Of a stretch of 64,000 nt of DNA, positions 54,701 through 64,000 are shown in pieces (positions within the stretch are counted from its first letter, which is position 1; the number at the start of each line of letters is the position of its first letter). This DNA comes from Octopus vulgaris (Eukaryota). A program made the position numbers and the translations under genes. Below the pieces are notes generated by a model. It did not search any database. It saw only the letters and a list, made by a program, of their open reading frames with translations, and was not told the DNA's origin. The stretch is taken from NCBI GenBank assembly GCA_951406725.2, contig OX597822.1:38998001-39062000 (forward strand), given 5' to 3'.

Positions 54701-55881
54701 CCCAGCCCCTGGAGAGTCTGCTGGAGCTCGCCCTCGGAGGTGCGAGTTTAGTATGTTTTTGTCGGGTCGACAAAAGCTTAGGTAGGGGGTAGTGTTATGA
54801 GTTTAGCTAGTGCAGTCTTGGTGACCCACATTGGAATTATGGTTCCGGCATGTCTGGGCGAAATGTGACAGTCTTTTGTCTAATGGAGGACTAATGGGTT
54901 TTGGAATGACCTGTGACCTCGTGTGGTTGATAAGAGGGTCAGTGAGAAGTGAAAGAAAAGGGACAGATTAAGGGCTGAGAGCAAATAGAGATAGAGTATA
55001 AGCAGTAAGGGACAGATAGAGAGGCTAAGGGATTGAGGTGATATAGATAGAGTAAGGAATCAGAGAGCAGTTAGAAAGGGTAGGAGCGATATAGACAGAG
55101 GGAGATGAGGGAGTGGAAGAAGGACAGAGACGAAGTGAGATCTGGGCAGTTGGTAGTTGGTCGTCGAAGAACACAGACGGATCTTGCGGTCGGTTGAGCG
55201 GTCGTGGAAGAACACAGACGGATCTTGGACAGATCAGCAGGGATCTTGGGATTTGAGGAGCAAGCGATTGGAATATGCAGAAGGGATATGTACAGAAGGA
55301 TTTGGCAGTATTCAGAGGAATTGGCAGGATTGAGAGGAATGGGACACTGGCAGATTCAATTAGGAATTGAGGTATGTGTTGTGCATTGATATGTGTCACG
55401 GTGTATTGAACGGTGAAGAGAACAGTCAAGGACTCTGTCGATATGTCGATTATCGAGTTGTGGTATTTATGTTCAGAATTGAGTAAAGGACTTGTTGATG
55501 TGACTTTATCTGTGATGTTCAGAAAGAGACTTTAAAGAACTGTTGTCTTCGGACGTGTACTCTTGAAATGATGTTGTATTATGCGTTGATCTGTTGCATG
55601 ATGTATTGAGTAGTCACGTGCATGTCTTCCTTTAAATGTCTGCCTTAAATGTATTTGATGTGTAGCAATTGATTGTCATATAAACTAGTAGTTGTTGAAT
55701 ATAAGCCAGTGTCTCTGTTGCCTAGCCTCTTTGGGTTGTATCTCGGGTTGTGCCTCTGTATCTCTGTGCTGTTGAGGTTGTGGCAGTATCTATCTGTATC
55801 TCCTCTCTCCGCCTCTTTGGGTTCCGTGGCGGAACTTGTGTGAGCCGTTCGGGACGGGCGACGACGGGTGATTCCGTAACA
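51771..55881 (+). mobile_element. Non-autonomous Gypsy-type LTR retrotransposon, young, intronic
   Basis: LTRs 51771-52849 and 54793-55881 (TGTTA...TAACA, near-identical). 4-bp TSD ATAT. PBS tggtgtcagaagtgggat (52852-52869, tRNA-Leu complement). PPT aggtagggggtag (54780-54792). Confidence 0.95.
52908..54497 (+). CDS. Open internal ORF of the LTR element (rearranged gag/pol-derived, no RT catalytic core)
   Basis: Stop-free 529-codon ORF from ATG 52908 with two internal duplications. Ends in the RT N-terminal remnant PWSSAIVARNGDGTARCYVGYRAL. Next frame has DWPDPSCVRDLRNFLGRCAYCRR (RT thumb). No YxDD, RNase H or integrase. Confidence 0.6.
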   Translation: MDLSGCQTGDEGISLALIVEMLRGQMAQTDAFMERMDKRRRGLWADQRELEVADGSALEDRCWTGDSDGPVDRDCSSNEASAEPGLVAEICDAVPKKSCDLEPVEVELTKRLVEVVMADAVVPCLGPLAFRPLSLGARDEELARSGVDVAESEVPALCVMVAAGVVPCEGPLVSGLLSLGAQRDCMVPTVERPQAWMDWRPSVCVVRPAVRKLVKKRTRPVDEARRLRTVVGPPRPGRLLQRWVSFVVDGCLGPVEPDRQCLVKARLRVGWTLVEAEAGGALGGSADLLEVAQAICRRQIEESCQVAGQCWGQFCRYGNAVEGGGGPRMQLRKRSVRSRWCFVGTWGSSVFDGCVGPVEPDMQCGVRAQLRVGWTLVEAEADRALVGSAELLKAAQAICRGQIVELRRTVNQRRGQFCRCSDEVKGDRGPLMQLRKKQPLVKSAGRWSRGLLDAGRTDLAERFIDQGGRRLRKQRGRRKVPVQQRKRRYRRRGTVEKRNGPWSSAIVARNGDGTARCYVGYRALRKVPL

Positions 55882-55966
55882 ATATTTATTGCAATTGTGT
55901 GAATTTGTTTGATGTAGTTGTGTGACAATGCTTGCTGTGGCTGTCTGATGGTATCTAATGTGGTTG

Positions 55967-56203
55967 CAAGGCGGCGAGCTGGCAGAAACGTTAGCACGCC
56001 GGGCGAAATGCTTAGCGGTATTTCGTCTGCGTTACGTTGTGAGTTCAAATTCCGCCGAGGTCGACTTTGCCTTTCATCCTTTCGGGGTCGATAAATTAAG
56101 TACCAGTTACGCACTGGGGTCGATGTAATCGACTTAATACCTATGTCTGTCCTTGTTTGTCCCCTCTGTGTGTAGCCCCTTGTGGGTAGTAAAGAAATAG
56201 GTA
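55967..56203 (+). mobile_element. Young SINE family A copy with TSD
   Basis: Flanking duplication ggtatctaatgtggttg at 55950-55966 and 56200-56216, overlapping the SINE's own ggtat end. Confidence 0.85.
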
Positions 56204-56590
56204 TCTAATGTGGTTGTGTGATGATGTTTGGTGCGGTTATTTGAGGTTGTTGCATGGCGATGTTTGTTATGACTGCATGTTCGACGATGTCTGATACTGT
56301 TGTATGACAATGTAGCATGTGATTGTATGGTGATGTTTCATGTGATTCTATGACAATGGTACATGTTGTCTTTGTTTGTGTATGTGTGTGTTTATCCTTG
56401 ATTGGGTATGAGTGTTTGCATGTACATGGGCGCGTGTACATGGGAAAATATATACGTGTGTGCGCAAATCTGAATATGTCAAATTGTGTGTGTGTGTGCT
56501 TGTACGTATGTACGTCTGTAAGTATGCATGTGTGTGTGTATGTGTGTGAGTATGTATGTATGTATGTATGTATGTATGTATATATGTATG

Positions 56591-56624
<34 letters not shown>

Positions 56625-56853
56625 TGTATGTATGTATGTATGTATGTATGTGTGTATGTATGTGTGTGTGTATGTATGTATGTATGTATGTATGTGTGCG
56701 CGTGTGTGTGCGCGTGTGTGTGTATGTATGTATGCATGTATGTGTGTATGTATGTATCATGTATATGTGTATGTATGTACAGAAGTATGCATACATACAT
56801 TCATATACATAAACACGTTTAAATATATAGATTCTGACTAAAAAAAAAACGTG

Positions 56854-56942
<89 letters not shown>

Positions 56943-57151
56943 AGCGCAAAAATATAGATAGCACAAAGGCGAGAAAAAAGAAAAAGTAACAAGCAGAATG
57001 ATTTATGTTTACGCTTAGGAAATGGGAAAAATCTGAAGGAAATGTCTTCTACGTTTCGAGCATATGCTCTTCTGAAAGGATAAAGAAAGGGAAAAAATGG
57101 TGGAAGACAACACACGTGTGTCTATCGCACATTCAGGGCAAACACACACAC

Positions 57152-57201
<50 letters not shown>

Positions 57202-57472
57202 ACAAACACACATGTATATACATACATGATGATTGCTTCATCTTGTCAGCTTATAGTTGTCTCGCATTTAGCCAGATTGTTCTCATTTGCAAGTGAAAAG
57301 ATACATTTTTTGCATTTTTTTTTACCATGCATCCATCACCATAGAACTTTATAAAATGCAAAACAGATCAAGAAATGAAATGATAGTGGCACATCTGTAC
57401 GCCACTGGATTTAAGTGATGAGAGCATGTACAACACTTTTGTTACTCTCTCTGTCGCCATAGTAGTTTCCAG

Positions 57473-57649
57473 CAACACGCATTGCATGATGACTGGTACT
57501 ATTTTGACAACAAGATTTATGCCAGAGTATCGTTTTCCTGGAAGAGCTGCCTTCCTTGCGGTTTTATCAAAGATAACCGGAACCTCTTCTACTCCTGGGA
57601 AATCTATTTAACCGATAGATGGGGCCCTGATAGGTACTGCCGTTCCGAG
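57473..57649 (+). CDS. Candidate exon, possibly part of a second degenerate C-type lectin module
   Basis: Pyrimidine tract plus AG. Open frame QHALHDDWYYFDNKIYARVSFSWKSCLPCGF...WGPDRYCRSE. Donor gag|gtgaga. Phases do not join cleanly to neighbouring exons. Confidence 0.35.
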
Positions 57650-58918
57650 GTGAGACTGACACGGGAGTAACGGTAATTCGGGCGTGTCACCACGCTCCCC
57701 ATAACTCCCGAACTGGTCTCCCAATATCGGATGCAGTTTAATATAATATCCAGGACACGGACGCACACACGCACACACACACTCACACACACAGAGTTTA
57801 CTTTTCCGTTAAAGTAGAATAAAAAATTACATCCGGTGAGAGATAAATATCATTTATTGTACACAGATTTAAAATAAGTGTTCCGAATAGTTTGTCGTCA
57901 TAGAGACACTGGCATAGAGTTAGATTTATATAACGTGCCTAGTGTTTTAAACAGTCTTTGGGCTCAGGGCACACATGGTTACCTCTATTTAAAAACTGGG
58001 ACGCTGCTACATGGGAAATCCCAAGAAAGAATGAGAAGTTTGATGCAATATGTGGAATGGGAAGAGAAAAAGTGAATAAAGGCAAAAAAAAAAGAAAGGA
58101 AAAAAGAAAGAAAATTGAGAGTTGCGCTCCTTTTTGCGTAAAATAATTCAACAGTGAGGAGAGCAAAAGCTTGCGGGATAGTTGCTCAATTCGGAGGGGG
58201 TGGTATCCTCCAGTTTGACAAAAGAAATTCGTCCATGTGCTTGCATTTGCTGAAAATTTCGGATTTGGAATTAAGAAGTGTGGCAGAATTTTTCAATCTA
58301 AAAAGAATGTACTTTCTTTCAGCTACGCATAAGTTGCATCTCTTTGATCAACTTACATATGGCATAGATTTTTCCACGAGCTATATAGACAACATTAGTT
58401 GTGAGAATTCGCTTAGATTAATGGTACAGATCCCTCAGCTAGAATTTGAGAGGTACAGGTTTCGATTCTCTGTAGAAGCTTGCTCGCAACTGTCTTCCGT
58501 CTTCTGAGAGTATTTACCTGATCTTTTAGGCTGTTTTGACAGCTAACCTGCGTTCGAGATTTACTTTATTTTCTGTAATATATATATATAATTCCATTTT
58601 GAAGCTTCTCAAGAATTAAGGCACATCAACCTGTAGGACGCCGGAAATGGCTAGGTAAGATCACATAGAGCTAACAGTGAAATAAACATCATTGAAGGCT
58701 TCAGATGTTGGTAGGATAGCGTAGATATGCAACTACCAAATCCAATTTATAACCATAGATCCGACTCACCAATGAGCCTTTGGTATGGGGTAAGTATAAA
58801 AATATGAACATGAATGGCGTTTAAAATTTACGACAGCTGTTTCGGTAGAATTGTATTTAATGCGTCATAATGTACAATACAGTATTTTTTCTCTAATCCA
58901 TTTTTTTTCTTTCCGCAG

Positions 58919-59157
58919 AAGAAAGCAGTTACTTCGAGAAAACTCCAGTAAACGACAATACCCAATATACGATAAAAGCGAATTTGATAAAAGATTCCCT
59001 TTTAGAGTGCTCTCTTAAATGTGTCCGAGAGTTTTACTGCGTTGCCTTCTCATATGACAAAGCCACGAAGGAATGTACTGTGTTGGTTTCACATTTTAAA
59101 CCTGAAAACCAAACGCTAGTCTCACCGACGGCACGAGGTGACTACACATGTCTTTGA
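58919..59157 (+). CDS. Probable terminal exon: PAN/apple domain
   Basis: Branch-like ctaat plus ttttttttctttccgcag|, phase 1. Encodes ESSYFEKTPV...SLLECSLKCVREFYCVAFSYDKATKECTVL...TCL*, with the CxxxC..C..F.Y.....C PAN pattern. Confidence 0.8.
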
Positions 59158-60349
59158 TTCCAAAATACGATCAAAGCTTCTTTCTTGTGTTAACATGTTT
59201 GTATGTATATGAATTCATATACACATACATATACATACATCGGTATGCATATATAACCGTATATATACATATACATTTGTCTCTTTCTCTCTCTCTTTCT
59301 CTCTCCCAAAACTTGACAGCAGTATCTAAGCATTACCCAAGCTTAATGAAATTATTTAAGAAAAATAACCAAATCAATGTTAGTAATCTCCACAAACCAT
59401 GAATCTACAAACATTTTCTGCTTTACTAGATTGAACAACTCAGAATAACGAGACTAAGAAATTAAGAATTCACAAAGAAGCATAACAAATATGTGTTACT
59501 TTCATCAGATGCCAAACGGATATCATTATAGTTTCGACACCTGGGTAATACTATTCAATTCAGGGATGTCAGCAGCGTTAAATATATAAATTCTGTCCGG
59601 GAATCAGTAATCGGCAGGAGCGAATCATTAGCGAGTATTTCAGTTATGCCAACACTGTATTATTACTGGTAGCTAAGAATTAAACAATTAATATTAACTT
59701 ATACTTACAAAACAGTAACTATAAAACAAAGAATTTGCTCCCAAAAAGAACATTGTGATGCTAAAATTATAACACAAAAGAACAAGTTAACTAAACATAT
59801 TACGGAAAAAACAAAAACAAAAGAACTACTCAACCACAGACACCCAAAATGGTAACGCCAGCTCAAGGAATTGTATATATATAACTTAAAGCATATAAAC
59901 TAAACAATCAACATTGATTGCTAAATACGTTATTTTTCAATCTATATCATACCAAAAACACGTGACCACACCAAAAACATGGCTAACAAGAGCACTCAGT
60001 AAGCGCAAATCTCCGCCAAAGCAACAACAACGTCCTATCAACGATTAGCCGGAAATGATTTTGAAAATGAGAATATCTGAAGTAAACTCGTATGAGAGAG
60101 AGAAAAGTAAGGGTAGGGGGAACAGAGTGAGAGATAAGTTTCAGGATAATCAAGCAAGAGGAGAAAAAATAATAACGGGAAAAGCCAAGATAACTAGATA
60201 CATAGATAGAGAGATAGACAAGCAAATAGATAGACAGGGAGATAGACAGAGATAAAGAGATAAAGAGAAAGAGGGAGGTGTTTCTTTTCAATTTGATGTA
60301 GTCAATTCATTGAAATTTCATTACAAAGCATTTTTCTTTTTTCTTTCTC

Positions 60350-60396
<47 letters not shown>

Positions 60397-61081
60397 ATTT
60401 TTCCATTGTAGACCTATCAAAATATTTGTAAATAAAGTCATTTTCTCACAAGGGTTGCTGATCTTTCAAAGATGTCACTTTTAGGAAGTAGAAAAAAAAA
60501 CAAGTAAAGACGGGAGGGTGCGGTCATCACTGAAAAATTAAAGAGTTCACAGTCACAGTCCTATGGAAATTTATATTCCTTTACACTTGTATAGTCAAAT
60601 TCCATATTCTGTGTAATACCATGTTTTGCATGAACAAACATTAAATATTAGTACAATATTCATCAATTAAGAAAATAAAGTCAGAATACCAAAAAATTAT
60701 TTGGCACTGTTTATAATTCAATCTGTTCTCTATTTATATTTAATCAAACATTATCAATGAGTTTTGTATGTACATTGTATATTTAGCTGGAAGCCACGCT
60801 GTAGGATATAAATCATATAATAAGACAGGGCCTGCTTAAATATATTTTTGAGAATATCTTATCCTTTTATAGGATTTCTTTTTCTTGCTTGCTTGGATAA
60901 GATAATTCAAAGAGATCTTTTTCACGAATTACTTTGCCAAGTAGCTACATTAGATATCTCTCCTAAACAGTGGTAAAATGGTTCTAGTGTTCTTTCTCGG
61001 GTATATGTATATTCCATAGGAAGAGCAGTTGTCAAAATCCCAATGTTATACATACATACATACATACATACATACATACAT

Positions 61082-61169
<88 letters not shown>

Positions 61170-61339
61170 TTTTCTCTCCTTGTTTTTTTCTGTGTATCTT
61201 TCTGTCGAAGATCGTAGGCTCGAAACGTAAAAGACTCTTTCTATTCCTGAGCGCTATACTAATACATTTGTTTGTTTGTACTCCACCTTCGTCTTTTGTT
61301 TATTTTCGTAAACTTTCCCTTTATATATATATATATACA

Positions 61340-61612
61340 ACAATTGCAGCGTGGAAGGTGTTTATAAGCCATTTAAGAAACACACAAAAACCGTTAGATT
61401 CACTTCAACATTTAAATTCAATTTGTCAAAATATTTTCGTCGCTTTGAGACCGCGACTTGTTCACTGACAAAACTTCGTGCTGCAGTGAATAGGTCGCGG
61501 TCTCAAAGCGATGAAAATATTTTGACAAATTAAATTTAAATGTTGAAGTGAATCTAACGGTTTTTTGTGTGTTTCTTAAATGGCTTATAAACACCTTCCT
61601 CGCTGCAATTGT
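61340..61612. mobile_element. (TA)n-flanked fold-back element of the G3-C8 hammerhead family
   Basis: About 125-bp arms. The motif is intact on the minus strand at 61422-61472 (GTGAACA core). Same family as 37378-37510. Confidence 0.75.
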
Positions 61613-61668
61613 TTTCGTTCCAGCACACGATCTCAGATCAAGTCACTCGCTATGCAAGTACATCTCCG

Positions 61669-61702
<34 letters not shown>

Positions 61703-61817
61703 TTATCAATATAAATGTTTTCTCTTCCTCCATCATCATCATTGCTATTAAAAAAATAATAAAAAAAATTTAAGCATTATTAAATCTCAGAACGAGATGT
61801 AAACAGTAATCGCTCGA

Positions 61818-61969
61818 CAATGTAAAGTATAAAAGCCATCACAATATGGCTAACCACAAAGGGGAGGGGGTTACTGTAGCTTTTTAGCCCCAGGAGATCC
61901 TGGGGCTAAAAAGATACAGTAACCCCCCCGTGGTTAGCCATATTGTGATGGCTTTTATACTTTACATTG
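61818..61969. repeat. Inverted repeat, ~75-bp arms
   Basis: caatgtaaagtataaaagcc...gccccagga [ga] tcctggggc...ggcttttatactttacattg. Confidence 0.8.
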
Positions 61970-62099
61970 AAAAAAATGTAGTTCATCTGCTTCACTTTCG
62001 AATATTTAACTTTGGAGAAAATTTTTTGATGAAGTGTAGCTCCATTGCTTTTCCGAATTTTGGGTCATCTCTTGAACATTTGTAAAATTTTAAGTCATT

Positions 62100-63020
62100 T
62101 GGAAATTCTGACTGACCAAACCGAGTACAAGGGAGAACCAAGATACCCGGAAAAAACGATAATGAATGAAATCAAAACACTAATTAATGAATACCAAGAT
62201 TCTTTCACAGACAAGGAAATTGTTTCTGCAGTTCTGTAATCAAAAAGTGCAATTTGTACGGATTACCCAAAATCCACAAAAGCCCCGAAATACAGAGAGC
62301 CATAAATGAGCAGGTGAACCAATACATAAAATACTAAGACCTACTGGCCTCAAACTGAGACCAATAGTTGCAGGACCTTAAGCACCAACACAACAACTGA
62401 ATCACTTTTTGGACATACTCATAAAACCTTTATGCTCATTAATACTCAGTTGTATACGGGATAGCATAGCTTTCCTCCAGCACATTCCACCCACTGTCCC
62501 AAAAGGCACTATGATTGATTGATTCTAGTTTCAGCTCACTTACAAGTTTTGATGTTATCAACCTTTATACCAATATACTTAACACTTTGGGCCTGGAAGC
62601 AGTCAAACACTGAGTAGAGAAACAGAGAACGCCTCAAAACTGATTTCACCACCAAGGCCGCACGCCTGGTACTAGAAGAAAACACTTTTAGATTCGATAA
62701 TAAAACATATCGACGAATAAAGGGCACAGCTATGGGGACGCAGTTTGCACACTCATATGCTAACCTAGTCATGGGATACTTGGAAGAAACTCTTTATGAG
62801 GATGTAGAGAGAGCTTTTAATGAGGACTGCAAGAAATACATTATTAAAAAGTGGAAATGTTTCGTCGATGACTGCTTCATCTTTTGAGGTCAAATCAAAT
62901 GACGACCTACAAATATTTAATAATATCCTCAACACACTTCACCCATCCATCAAATTCACGACTGAATCCAGTTGCAACGAATTACCATTGCTGGATATTC
63001 ATATGAGAATAAGAAAGGAA
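62100..63020 (+). pseudogene. Penelope-like element reverse transcriptase fragment
   Basis: Degenerate LYGLPKIHK, LRPIVAG, SFDVINLYTNI, GTAMGTQFAHSYANLVMGYLEE, FVDDCFI and LHPSIKFT motifs with stops and frameshifts. Confidence 0.88.
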
Positions 63021-63031
63021 TGAAGGTTACT

Positions 63032-63673
63032 AAAGGGTCTTTCTTTAGTGACGATCGTTTCAATAATAGAATTATTTTATCAATTAACAAGATGGGTTAT
63101 ACGTATTTAGATGATATAAACTCATACGATATTAATTTAAAGTCATACTTATCATTTCTTCAGACCATTTACAAAGGGAATATCGAAGAAGACATATTGG
63201 TTTAATTATCCGATTGTAGTCTATTAAATACAATAAACAAATGTGGCTAGGTTTGTGTCACACGAGGCAGCTGCTGTTCGACACAAACCATAAGTCACTA
63301 ATGCACTGATACAAAAATTCTTTGTTTTGATTTGGAAAAAATTTCCAGTTTTTTTTTCTTCTCCAAATTTTTTTCCGTAGGGCGATTAGCTTCGTGTGTT
63401 TGTTGATGTGTGTTATGTTGATTGCTCTATGGTGGAAAGGGCCATTATCGTTAAGGGCAGAGATCAAAGGCAACGGTATTATATTTAATAGACTACAATC
63501 TGATAAGTAAACCAATATGTCTTCGTCGATATTCCCTTTGTAAATGGTCTGAAGATAAGTAAGGCTTTAAATTAATATCGTATGAGTTTATATTATCTGA
63601 ATATGTATAACCCATCTTGTTAATTGATAAAAAATTCTATTATTGAAACGATCGTAACCGAAGAAAGACCCTT
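63032..63673. mobile_element. Inverted pseudo-LTR pair, each arm with a hammerhead
   Basis: Arms 63032-63229 and ~63483-63673. HHR (-) 63046-63167: tggt CTGAAGA..GAAAC gatc GTC acta. HHR (+) 63546-63659: ggt CTGAAGA..GAAAC gatc GTA acc. Confidence 0.75.
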
Positions 63674-64000
63674 GCCTTTCTGAAGACTAAAGCAACGAGT
63701 TCTATCCCTATGTGTTGTAAACAACCCACATCAATTGTTAGATGTTAAAATTGCTACGCTTCCTGAAATTCGCCAACAGAACACCTGATGCCAACCCCCT
63801 CCATTTTATTTTATTCTATTATTTTTAACGACTTGTTCGCTGTTCATTTCCTGTGCATTATTCTATGTTCTGTAAGGCGGCGAGTTGGCAGAAACGTTGC
63901 CTCCCCCTCCTCCTCCTCCTCTCCCTTCTCCTCCTCTCCCTTCTCCTCCTCTCCTTACTTATCATCTTCGCACTCCACATCTCATCCTTCTCCTTCCCTC

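Noticed and set aside
53045-54773. Long minus-strand ORFs in the LTR interior
   Set aside because: Shadow frames of the GC-rich plus-strand ORF with no motifs.

Overview
This is AT-rich, microsatellite-saturated eukaryotic DNA. The SINE, (TA)n/(TATG)n and Tc1/mariner landscape points to a cephalopod (Octopus-like) genome; this is an inference. Almost all long ORFs in the ORF track are microsatellite or transposon artefacts. One real spliced gene can be built on the + strand from about 31974 to 59157: signal peptide, C-type lectin domain, possible extra exons, and a PAN/apple domain. A young non-autonomous Gypsy-type LTR element sits in one of its introns. The rest is tRNA-derived SINEs, Tc1/mariner and hAT DNA elements, RTE and RLE-type LINE fragments, and Penelope-like element (PLE) remnants (RT and two GIY-YIG types). 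The most striking signal is a dense set of type I hammerhead ribozyme (HHR) motifs in several unrelated, (TA)n-inserted, tandem or fold-back elements. The best case is a ~490-bp tandem array at 27275-29433 with four near-perfect HHRs, a retrozyme/PLE pseudo-LTR-like system predicted to release ~490-nt monomers that could circularise. Several families carry unusual catalytic-core variants (G3-C8 swap, U4C, A6U). All calls were made by eye; no searches or folding programs were run.
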